A stretch of 16,885 nucleotides of DNA from assembly GCF_005869855.1 (NCBI RefSeq), contig NZ_SZNH01000014.1:17553-34437 (forward strand), in the 5' to 3' direction. A model generated the notes under the pieces. The model worked only from the letters and a program-made list of their open reading frames with translations, was not told the origin of the DNA and searched no databases. Shown piece by piece: positions 7,177 to 15,206 of the stretch. The position numbers and the translations under genes are program-made. The stretch is from Nostoc sp. PA-18-2419. Lineage in GTDB: Bacteria; Cyanobacteriota; Cyanobacteriia; Cyanobacteriales; Nostocaceae. Positions within the stretch are counted from its first letter, which is position 1. Each line of letters opens with the position of its first letter.

Positions 7177-9711
7177 TTACGGGTGATGAGCCAAGCGCCG
7201 CAATAAAATTGAGTTTGTGACGACGCTAACAGAGCTAAAAGCCATTAATGCGGCAGCACCCGATGGATTAAGCACAAAACCGAGACTAGGGAACAAAACA
7301 CCTGCTGCTAAAGGAATACCAACTGTATTATATGCAAAAGCCCAGAAGAGATTTTGGCGGATTTTGTTGAAGGTAGCGCGACTAAGTTGAATAGATTCGA
7401 CGACATCGTTTAAGCGATCGCGCATTAGGACAATTTCAGCAGTTTCCATTGCCACATCAGTCCCGGAGTATAAAGCAATTCCGACATCAGCTTGGGATAA
7501 AGCTGGAGCATCATTGATGCCATCACCAACCATTGCGACTACTGAGTGCCGGGTGCTGAGTGAGGAGTTTTCTTTGCCTCCTTGTCCCCGCGTCCCTTCT
7601 AACTGAATGACTTGTATTGCAGCCGCTTTCTTAGCCGGAGGGACACCTGCGATCACATCGGCGCTATCTAATCCTAATTCTTTGGCTATGGCGTTGGCTG
7701 CTTCTGAGCGATCGCCACTGAGCAGCATTACCCGTAAGCCCATCTGACGTAACTTGTCTACGGTGCTTTTGGCATCTGGTCTAAGAGGATCGCAAACAGC
7801 AATCACTCCAGCTAAGGTTCCTGCAACTGCTACAAAAACCACTGTTTTACCAGATGTTGCCCAATCCTGCGCTACTTGCTGTACAGTTGCGCTCGTGGCA
7901 ATTCCATGCCAACTCAACCAGTCTGAATTACCCAACAGCACAACTTTGCCCTCTACTACAGCGGACACCCCCAGTCCTGGTTCTGTGTGAAAGTCTACAG
8001 CTTCGGGAATCGATAACTCCTGCCGGTGTGCTTCTTGCTGAATTGCTTTTGCTAGAGGATGATGAGTACCGCTTTCTACAGCTGCAGCTAGTTGTATTAG
8101 GGATTGGGAAGACGAACAAGGGTGGGATGCAGGGGGCAGAGGAGAAAACTCTTGTTTCTTGCTAAGAGATCCTTGTTCCCCTGCTTCTTGTGTAGTCAAC
8201 AGTTCCTCAATTAACAAGCAATCCGTGACGATGGGATTACCTGTAGTCAATGTACCAGTTTTATCAAAAACTACGGTGTTTAGCTGGTGTATTTTTTCTA
8301 AAACGTCGCCGCCTTTGATTAATAGACCCCGTTCTGCGCCCATACCAGTGCCGACAAGAATGGCTGTTGGTGTGGCAAGTCCCAAAGCACAGGGACAGGC
8401 GACTACCATCACAGCGATCGCTAACTTTAAGCTAACTAGGAGTGGGGAGTGGGTAGAGACACCATTAATCGCGTCTGTATTGAGTAAGGAGTGGTGAGCC
8501 ATTTCCATGCCACCAGACATGGTGACATCACTCCAGATGTGAGTGCCAAAAAAGTACCAAAAGATAAATGTGAATATAGATGCTGTTAGTACCCCGTAGG
8601 TAAAGTAACCTGCTACTGTATCTGCCAATTTTTGTACCGGGGCTTTGCGAGTTTGGGCAGCTTCTACTAGGGCAACAATTTGAGCTAAAGTTGTATCGCT
8701 GCCGACACGTGTTGCTCGAATAGCGATCGCCCCTGTCTGGTTTAGCGTCCCGCCTGTCACTAGATCTCCCGGCTGCTTACTCACTGGTACTGCTTCCCCA
8801 GTCAGCATTGATTCATCAATCGTTGTTTGACCAGCTACCACTTCGCCATCAACAGGGATTTTATCGCCTGGCAGCACCTGTAACCATTCTCCAACCCGCA
8901 CCTGTTCGGCAGGAATCTCTACAATAGAAAATCCAACTCCTGTTTTCTCTGGGTTGGCAATTAATCGCGCTAAGAGTGGTTGGAGTGCCAACAATTGTCT
9001 AAATGCGGCAGCAGCGCGACCTCTAGCTTGTTGCTCTAGTGTCCTTCCTAATAAAATAAAGCCGAGCATCATTACTGGTTCGTCAAAAAAGCACTCCCAA
9101 CCCATTTGGGGAAATAGTAGCGCTACTAAACTAGCAATGTAAGCTGTGAGAGTTCCCAATCCCACTAGCGTGTTCATGTTAGGTGCGTTTCGCCGCCACC
9201 CCAGCCAACCATCTACTAAAATCGGGCGACCGGGAATTAATATAGCGATCGTTGCTAGTCCACAGTGGAACCAAATGTTATTTAACACGGGCAGCACTGA
9301 GCTGCCGATATTACCAAAATGTCCACTTGCCGACAACACTAGCAACAAAGCAGCGATCGCTAATTGCTTGAGTGAGGAGCGCATTTGTTGGCGTTGTCGT
9401 TGTGCTGGGTCTGCTAAGTGAGATATCTCGCCTGCTACTGTAAGACTGGCTTTTCGGGGTTGAGTCGGGAATCCAACTTCTGTTAAATGCTTTGCCAGTA
9501 CTTGTGCATCTACGACACCAGCTTGTGACTCTACAACTGCTACTTCTGTCGCCAGGTTGACGCTGGCACTTTTGACTCCTGGATGTTGGGTTAGCTGTCG
9601 CTCTACTGCGTTCACACACCCAGCACACTTCATACCTCCAACATCTAGAATAATTTTCTCTAGGATTGGAGCAGATTCTTGGTCTACCTTAGTTTTGGGA
9701 ACAAGTTGCAT
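7177..9711 (-). CDS. Copper(I)-translocating P1B-1-type ATPase (CtaA/PacS/CopA-like), 844 aa.
   Basis: N-terminal HMA motif GMKCAGC, TM6 CPC ([11 protein letters not shown]), [17 protein letters not shown]7 N-x6-YN-x4-P ([14 protein letters not shown]) and TM8 MxxSS (MAFSSVS). Five HIP1 sites. Confidence 0.95.
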   Translation of the reverse strand: MQLVPKTKVDQESAPILEKIILDVGGMKCAGCVNAVERQLTQHPGVKSASVNLATEVAVVESQAGVVDAQVLAKHLTEVGFPTQPRKASLTVAGEISHLADPAQRQRQQMRSSLKQLAIAALLLVLSASGHFGNIGSSVLPVLNNIWFHCGLATIAILIPGRPILVDGWLGWRRNAPNMNTLVGLGTLTAYIASLVALLFPQMGWECFFDEPVMMLGFILLGRTLEQQARGRAAAAFRQLLALQPLLARLIANPEKTGVGFSIVEIPAEQVRVGEWLQVLPGDKIPVDGEVVAGQTTIDESMLTGEAVPVSKQPGDLVTGGTLNQTGAIAIRATRVGSDTTLAQIVALVEAAQTRKAPVQKLADTVAGYFTYGVLTASIFTFIFWYFFGTHIWSDVTMSGGMEMAHHSLLNTDAINGVSTHSPLLVSLKLAIAVMVVACPCALGLATPTAILVGTGMGAERGLLIKGGDVLEKIHQLNTVVFDKTGTLTTGNPIVTDCLLIEELLTTQEAGEQGSLSKKQEFSPLPPASHPCSSSQSLIQLAAAVESGTHHPLAKAIQQEAHRQELSIPEAVDFHTEPGLGVSAVVEGKVVLLGNSDWLSWHGIATSATVQQVAQDWATSGKTVVFVAVAGTLAGVIAVCDPLRPDAKSTVDKLRQMGLRVMLLSGDRSEAANAIAKELGLDSADVIAGVPPAKKAAAIQVIQLEGTRGQGGKENSSLSTRHSVVAMVGDGINDAPALSQADVGIALYSGTDVAMETAEIVLMRDRLNDVVESIQLSRATFNKIRQNLFWAFAYNTVGIPLAAGVLFPSLGFVLNPSGAAALMAFSSVSVVTNSILLRRLAHHP

Positions 9712-9780
9712 GGCAAATGTTTAGATTCGCTACGAAAATTCAACGCTTGACTAAAAGCGTCTCTAATTCGAGCGTAGGCG

Positions 9781-9807
9781 AAATATGGAACTACGACTGT
9801 ATGTCAA
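9781..9807 (-). promoter_or_regulatory. Candidate promoter for the ATPase gene.
   Basis: On the minus strand, TTGACA (9807-9802) is followed after 15-16 nt by ATATTT/TATTTC, about 70-95 nt upstream of the ATG at 9711. Confidence 0.3.
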
Positions 9808-9821
9808 CTATATTAAATTTA

Positions 9822-10025
9822 TTAATTTATCGTACCGTGCTGAGCGTCACGACGGCTCCAGCGTAGATAAGTTACATACATAATAGCTGCAACCTGCAAT
9901 GGCATAACGATAATTAGGCTTCTCAAAAAATAGTTGATTTCCAAATGAGACATCATACTGAAATACCCTATGCCTAACAAGAAAAACATAGTCCAGCTAA
10001 GCGGTTTAGGTTTAACAACAACCAT
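9822..10025 (-). CDS. Possible small membrane protein, 67 aa.
   Basis: Two hydrophobic stretches (WTMFFLLGIGYFSMM, LIIVMPLQVAAIMYVTYL). There is no SD sequence and the DNA is AT-rich, so this is weak. Confidence 0.3.
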   Translation of the reverse strand: MVVVKPKPLSWTMFFLLGIGYFSMMSHLEINYFLRSLIIVMPLQVAAIMYVTYLRWSRRDAQHGTIN

Positions 10026-10115
10026 ATCAATCAGAATAAATATAAAAGCGCTGTATAACTGCTATAGAAAATCAGCTTAGTAAAGCAGGGTGTAAATTTA
10101 GCTACCTTTTCAAGC

Positions 10116-10133
10116 AAGGGGCTTAAGCCCCTT
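10116..10133. terminator. Perfect 18-nt palindrome hairpin downstream of the TM2 gene.
   Basis: aaggggctt/aagcccctt, about 30 nt after the stop at 10163. Confidence 0.4.
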
Positions 10134-10162
10134 ATTTAATCTAGGCATTCTGCCACAATGTA

Positions 10163-10438
10163 CTAGAACCAACCCTGCTTATTCACAAAGTAGGTGTTTA
10201 CAAATTCTTCAGGAGACTTATTCAAGTAAATCATGCCTTCAATTAAACCTACAAGTTGCATAATCAATAAGGCAACACCGTAGGTAAAAGAACCTCCAAT
10301 TACAGAAATCACCAACATGATAAAGCCTTCTGAGGCATATCCGAGAATAAACTTATGAACGCCAAATCCTCCAAGAATAATGCCACAGTAACCAGCTAAA
10401 AGTTGTTTAGTAGGGTGACTGGGATTAAGATTTGCCAT
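10163..10438 (-). CDS. TM2-domain membrane protein, 91 aa.
   Basis: TM2-type pattern: GIILGGFGVHKFILGY followed by a second helix IGGSFTYGVALLIMQLVGLIEG. Confidence 0.8.
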   Translation of the reverse strand: MANLNPSHPTKQLLAGYCGIILGGFGVHKFILGYASEGFIMLVISVIGGSFTYGVALLIMQLVGLIEGMIYLNKSPEEFVNTYFVNKQGWF

Positions 10439-11112
10439 ATAAATGCTACTCCTTAATAAATGGGATATAAAAATAAAGTCTTTATGGGAATAAAAGTGAG
10501 TAAATATACTTGAAAAACAAATTTATTTCTTTAGTATGAATAAGCACATAAACATATGACCAAAATCAGCCTGCTTTTAGTGTATGGGTAAGGCTGATAA
10601 TATGAGACATAAAATGCCTTTCAACATCACCGAAAAATCTTTAGTTCATTAAGGGTTTTAATGGATTTGATCGCAATCCTGGTGCGGCAATTGTGCAGAT
10701 TTTTAACCAAGATTTTTATCTTGAGAATAATCAATCTCACTCATCAGCAACAACTGCTATGCACACAACTTTTTACAACTCCATCAGTATTATTTCCGGA
10801 GTTTTTTCTGATCGCAGCAATCACCAGTATTGGTAGTCTGAGTAGTATAAATATACTATTGGGACTTATTTTCAGTTATCAATCACTATTTACACGAGTG
10901 CGAAAGGATTTGCAATCGAAATTAATTACAGACACAAATAACTTAGTAAAGCAATTAACATCTCGAAAATGGCTAAAGTCACTCCGATGAGAATAAATGC
11001 TTAGCTAAATAGTTTGTTGTCTATGTTCAAAGCATTATTTAATTTGCTTTTGCCATTGTTTATTTGGCTTTTAGCAAGTATTTAGATTTACAACCAATTA
11101 TAACTAGTAAAT

Positions 11113-11160
11113 TGTTGCTATCTATGGAGATAAAATCAGATATTTCCATTTTTAGCAACA
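11113..11160 (-). terminator. Composite hairpin directly downstream of the CPBP gene.
   Basis: tgttgcta (11113-11120) pairs with tagcaaca (11153-11160). An inner stem forms between atggagat and atttccat with one G-U pair. It starts 15 nt after the stop. Confidence 0.4.
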
Positions 11161-11174
11161 GTATAAAAATAGTA

Positions 11175-12752
11175 TTAATGGCTACCTAAAATAAATAGAC
11201 TTAATAATGTACCGCTATTCCAAAGGCTGTGGAGGAGCATAGGAGCAAGGAGATTGCGCGATCGCGTGTACACAACCCCCAGTACAACGCCCAATGCAGT
11301 CAGTGGTAGAATTTCTGATAAGCTCAGGTGAGCGATCGCAAACAATAAACTACTGACCAGAATTGAGGCCCACACGGGTAAATAGCGGGTAAGAGAGGGA
11401 AGCAAAAAGCCGCGAAACAGAAGTTCTTCAAAAAATGGAGCTGCGATCGCTGCTGTAAAGAAAAATATGACAAGTGCTACACCATCTTGACTTTCGAGGG
11501 CTAGTTGCAATAGGGGATTGCTACCACCTTGTCCTTGCCAGAGTTGTTGATTAATTAAAGATACTACTACAACTATAGGTAAAGCAGTGCAATAGCCCCC
11601 CAGTCCCCAGAAAAACCAGTTATCTAGAAAGCGCAAGCGAAACCAGAATTCTGGGAGTGGAAAAAAGCGTTTAATAGAGAAATACAGCACCAATAACGCA
11701 CCTGATGCTACCAGTATGTAACTAACTAAAACTGAAAAAGCCTGAAGTCGCACATCAGTCACGGGACGTTCTATAGGGAGCAACGATAGCAGTGCGGGGA
11801 CAAAAAGTTGTCCCATGAAGAAAAAGCCGACGACAAAAACCTGTAAAACCGTTTCCCCATCCCAAGGCGTTGACCAACGTAAATCAGCATTTTGACTTAA
11901 TAAAGAGGCTTTTCCTTTGAGCAAACGTTGAGCAAATAAGAAAATCAGCAGTATTAAACCAATTAATGCTGCCAAAGTGGGAATAGTACCGATAATTGCT
12001 AATTTTAAGACTGCACTCGTAGCAGCTTCTTGTTGTGCAGCTTTAACTGCTGATAAAGCTTGTTGTCGTTGCTGAAGTTGATATAGCCGAATCAAGGCAG
12101 TAGAGCCAAACCAACCTTCTAAATTCTTTTGAATCGGTTGTTGAGCTTCGGGGAGCAGGCGGGGAGGATTGCTCCACAGTCCACTCAATATAGCAGCAGT
12201 TTGCCCAAATTCTGGATTGATATCTGAGCGCTTTTGTAATTCATTCCAAGTTTTCAGGGCTACATCCGTCTGTCCTTGCTGTGCTTGTAAAATTCCCAAC
12301 CGCAAGTCTAATTCAGCTAATAATTTTTCTAGTTTTTTAAGGGACTGCTGTAACTGTTGCTGCTGTGTTTGTTGAGAAGTTTTTGTAGTAGGAGAAACGT
12401 CCGGTAGAGGTTTAGGAGGTATAGCAGTTATTTCCGGTTGAGATCGTAACTGTGCAAGTTTGCTGTTAACTTTATCTAAATTAGTTTGAACAGATTGACG
12501 CGCCTCCTGATACTGCTTTGTAGCACTTTCTAGAGGTTGGTCGCCAAGTATCGCTTCTCGAATCGCCTGGAGATTATCATCGCTACTATCTTCTGATTGC
12601 CAAGCTTGGGCTTGTAAAGCGATATTGGTTTGGTACAGTTCTAAGCGACTTTGAAACTGAGGTTCTTGCCAACTACCGAATAAAGACAAAACTGCCAACA
12701 GAACTGCTATTGGCGTCATTATAAAAGTTAAAATCAACCGCTTGATTGTCAT
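11175..12752 (-). CDS. CPBP-family (CAAX/Abi-type) intramembrane glutamic endopeptidase, 525 aa, with an N-terminal TM helix and a long Q-rich coiled-coil region.
   Basis: The three CPBP motifs are present: EELLFRGF, FAIAHL and HSLWN. There are multiple TM helices in the C-terminal half and three HIP1 sites. Confidence 0.9.
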   Translation of the reverse strand: MTIKRLILTFIMTPIAVLLAVLSLFGSWQEPQFQSRLELYQTNIALQAQAWQSEDSSDDNLQAIREAILGDQPLESATKQYQEARQSVQTNLDKVNSKLAQLRSQPEITAIPPKPLPDVSPTTKTSQQTQQQQLQQSLKKLEKLLAELDLRLGILQAQQGQTDVALKTWNELQKRSDINPEFGQTAAILSGLWSNPPRLLPEAQQPIQKNLEGWFGSTALIRLYQLQQRQQALSAVKAAQQEAATSAVLKLAIIGTIPTLAALIGLILLIFLFAQRLLKGKASLLSQNADLRWSTPWDGETVLQVFVVGFFFMGQLFVPALLSLLPIERPVTDVRLQAFSVLVSYILVASGALLVLYFSIKRFFPLPEFWFRLRFLDNWFFWGLGGYCTALPIVVVVSLINQQLWQGQGGSNPLLQLALESQDGVALVIFFFTAAIAAPFFEELLFRGFLLPSLTRYLPVWASILVSSLLFAIAHLSLSEILPLTALGVVLGVVYTRSRNLLAPMLLHSLWNSGTLLSLFILGSH

Positions 12753-13133
12753 CTATCCCCCTTTTACTGTACCCAGTGGTGAGTGGAGAGTATGGAGTGG
12801 GAAGTTAGGAGTTACTATTGTGATCTTGCTTCCCCAGTTCCCTCATCCTCGCGTCCCTTCTGTTTGCGTCTACCTTGGGAATTATCGCAAGAAAAAGTCA
12901 GAGGTGGATAGATATTATCAATATTATGATGCTATCAGTCTGCGATGCCTGCGGTGCTTGCTAGCCTACGCACCCACAATGTAAAATCACAACTCATTGC
13001 ACTGCTTATCTTCCGCTCTCTGATTTGCCAGATTCTGACGCTCGATTTGTGGATAATCAACTGAAGGTTTAAATTACCATCATAATTGTGTTTGTCTAAA
13101 CATGGAACGGCACACAACGAGGAGGATAATAAC

Positions 13134-14183
13134 GTGAAAATCTTGCCAGTTGTGAATGAACGGTTTTCGCAGATTCCGATCATTGATATTAGCGCCTTGG
13201 TTTCTAAAACTGGTGAACGCCACACAGTCGCTTCTGAAATATACCAAGCATGTTGTGAGTGTGGGTTTTTCTATATCGTTGGACATGGCATAGATGAGGA
13301 TTTACAGCAACGCTTAGAACTACTGAGCCGACAATTTTTCGCCCAGGATTTAGAAACTAAATTGAAAATCCGCATGGCTTTGGGTGGGAAAGCATGGCGG
13401 GGGTATTTCCCCGTCGGTAGCGAATTGACTTCGGGTAAACCAGACCAAAAAGAAGGTATTTACTTTGGTGCAGAACTGGGAAAGGAACATCCATTAGTCC
13501 AAGATGATACTCCTATGCATGGTTCTAACCTCTTCCCGTCTAATATTCCACTGTTTTGTGAGACAGTACTTGAATATATGGAGGCAATGACTCAGCTCGG
13601 GCACACGCTGATGGCTGGTATTGCTCTGAGTTTGGAACTGGAAGAATCTTATTTTGCTGACCGTTACACAGCAGACCCACTAATATTATTCCGTATTTTT
13701 AATTACCCCGCCTATTCATCATCGTCAGATTCTGAAGATAAGTGGGGAGTTGGCGAACATACTGACTACGGTATCCTAACGATTCTCAAGCAGGATGATT
13801 CGGGCGGATTGCAGGTGAAATCAAAATCAGGTTGGGTTGCTGCATCTCCTATTCCTAATTCCTTTGTATGTAATATTGGCGATATGCTAGACAGAATGAC
13901 AGGAGGTTTGTATCGTTCTACACCTCATAGAGTTCAGAATTTGTCAGGACGCGTAGACGCAAAGCGGCTTGTCACTAGACATCGCCTTTCGTTCCCCTTT
14001 TTCTTCGATCCAAATTTTAATGCTGAGGTAAAGCTGATTGAATTGGACGGGGTATTGATAAATGACGACAAAAAGGAACGTTGGGATCGGACTAGCGTTC
14101 ACGATTTTCACGGAACCTATGGTGATTATCTGTTGAGTAAGGTATCTAAGGTTTTTCCAGAGTTGCGACGGACAGTTTTATAG
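13134..14183 (+). CDS. 2-oxoglutarate/Fe(II)-dependent oxygenase (isopenicillin-N-synthase-like family), about 349 aa.
   Basis: HxD (GEHTDYG), distal His (TPHRV) and RxS (RLSFPFF). GGAGGA at 13121-13126 sits 7 nt upstream of the in-frame GTG at 13134. The TTG start at 13086 in the ORF track is less likely. Confidence 0.9.
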   Translation: MKILPVVNERFSQIPIIDISALVSKTGERHTVASEIYQACCECGFFYIVGHGIDEDLQQRLELLSRQFFAQDLETKLKIRMALGGKAWRGYFPVGSELTSGKPDQKEGIYFGAELGKEHPLVQDDTPMHGSNLFPSNIPLFCETVLEYMEAMTQLGHTLMAGIALSLELEESYFADRYTADPLILFRIFNYPAYSSSSDSEDKWGVGEHTDYGILTILKQDDSGGLQVKSKSGWVAASPIPNSFVCNIGDMLDRMTGGLYRSTPHRVQNLSGRVDAKRLVTRHRLSFPFFFDPNFNAEVKLIELDGVLINDDKKERWDRTSVHDFHGTYGDYLLSKVSKVFPELRRTVL

Positions 14184-14248
14184 AATTTTGAAGATATTTT
14201 TCTCATCCCAACTTTTTTTAAGGCGATTGCGCTACTTGAAAAAATTAT

Positions 14249-14782
14249 TTAGCTTTTAGCATGACGAATTGCTTTAACTAATTCGTCTTTGTTCATTTTG
14301 CTCCGACCTTGGATATTCAGCGCTTTGGCTTGGTCGTACAACTCGCGTTTTGATGGCTCAGACTTTTCTTCAACTTCATGCATGGCTCGCTTGATAGTGG
14401 GTGTCCACTCGACATGCTGCTTACCTTCCTTAGAAGCTTCTTCCTTTGTTTGCTCGGCTTGTTGTTTTTCCTCGTCGCTTAGCTTATCCCATACTGATGC
14501 AGGCAGGTAGCGCTTAGTGACTTCGCCTTCACGGGCGCGATTTTCATCCTCTTGAGTCTGCCAATCTTGCTCAGACCATTCTTCCAATGATTTAGCTGCT
14601 TCGTCTTTTTGACTTTGTTTGTAGCCACCACCCTGTTTTTTATATTCTCGAACTAACAGTTGGCTCTTTCGGCCAGACCACTGACCAGGCTTACCACCTT
14701 TATCGGATTTGAGAATTTCTTCCTTAAGTTGGTTACGTAGTTCGGGATGAGTGTATTTCTGTTCGTAATTTTCATTAGCCAT
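14249..14782 (-). CDS. Highly charged hydrophilic protein, 177 aa, with a C-terminal Rho_N/SAP-like helix-extension-helix motif.
   Basis: The N-terminus reads KGGKPGQWSGRKSQLLVREYKKQGGGY. The C-terminus KRELYDQAKALNIQGRSKMNKDELVKAI resembles the Rho N-terminal motif. Confidence 0.8.
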   Translation of the reverse strand: MANENYEQKYTHPELRNQLKEEILKSDKGGKPGQWSGRKSQLLVREYKKQGGGYKQSQKDEAAKSLEEWSEQDWQTQEDENRAREGEVTKRYLPASVWDKLSDEEKQQAEQTKEEASKEGKQHVEWTPTIKRAMHEVEEKSEPSKRELYDQAKALNIQGRSKMNKDELVKAIRHAKS

Positions 14783-15019
14783 ATTATCTTATTGCTGAAA
14801 ATTTTTAATGTGATTATTACAAAGTTATTTTATTGCTCTGACTGTTTTTAAAACGTTTGAAGTAATGAACATTTTGATAATATGCAATTTTGTTAAAATT
14901 TTCGTCTGTCAAATGGTGAGTTAAAAAACTAAAAATTATCAGACTTTTTATGTAAGGTAACTCGATAAAATTTCTAGCAGTTCTCGTTGAGATAAAATAC
15001 GCTTCAACTCCACCCTTTT

Positions 15020-15063
15020 CCCCTAAAAGCAAGCTTTTAGGGGAGTGTTTGCTCAAAAGCAAA
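15020..15063. other. Two adjacent hairpins in a 424-bp spacer.
   Basis: cccctaaaag-caag-cttttagggg (15020-15043) and tttgct-caaa-agcaaa (15048-15063). Neither has a U-tract on either strand. Confidence 0.5.
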
Positions 15064-15147
15064 TCCTCTTTGGAGTTGCGACTGTATTTGTAACAAACTG
15101 AAAACCGCTATATCCGTCAGGAGAGTGTAAATATAGCAGTTTTGAGT

Positions 15148-15184
15148 AAAAAAAATTCCCGTTGCCATCACAACTGGCAACGGG
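15148..15184 (-). terminator. Rho-independent terminator of the 440-aa gene.
   Basis: On the minus strand, a 10-bp GC-rich stem forms between cccgttgcca (15158-15167) and tggcaacggg (15175-15184) with a 7-nt loop. It is followed by AA and then eight U (plus-strand A-run 15148-15155). It starts 22 nt after the stop. Confidence 0.8.
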
Positions 15185-15206
15185 AGTTTATTAGATTTTA
15201 TATTAA

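Noticed and set aside
7555-7569. aactcctcactcagc on the minus strand, resembling the conserved ACUCCUCACAC core of cyanobacterial Yfr1 sRNA
   Set aside because: The match is imperfect and lies inside the ATPase coding frame. There are no flanking Yfr1-type stem-loops or promoter.
7589-7600. Exact 12-mer cgcgtcccttct shared between the ATPase insertion and the spacer at 12850-12861, plus an 11-mer gtagacgcaaa shared between 13953-13963 and the reverse complement of 12863-12873. These seemed to show that the coding insertions derive from an intergenic repeat.
   Set aside because: By rough calculation, about 17 exact 12-mer matches and about 70 exact 11-mer matches (both orientations) are expected by chance in a 16.9-kb window. 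These matches alone are therefore not evidence.
7754-9628. Seven 62-112-aa ORFs on both strands inside the ATPase gene
   Set aside because: These are shadow ORFs within an unambiguous 844-aa P-type ATPase reading frame.
10795-10800. Second TCCGGA motif
   Set aside because: It has no acceptable -10 element at 15-18 nt on the plus strand and only a weak one on the minus strand. It lies in the doubtful ORF region, and this occurrence is expected by chance.
10661-10990. 109-aa plus-strand ORF in the AT-rich spacer
   Set aside because: It has no RBS, low-complexity AT-driven composition and no recognisable motif. I could not support it as a gene, although one hydrophobic segment means Ribo-seq could revive it.
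12169-13286. ORFs 12169-12375(+), 12742-12984(+), 12935-13225(-), 13080-13286(-)
   Set aside because: They are antisense to the CPBP gene, lie in the repeat-bearing divergent spacer, or overlap the oxygenase start. No support was found.
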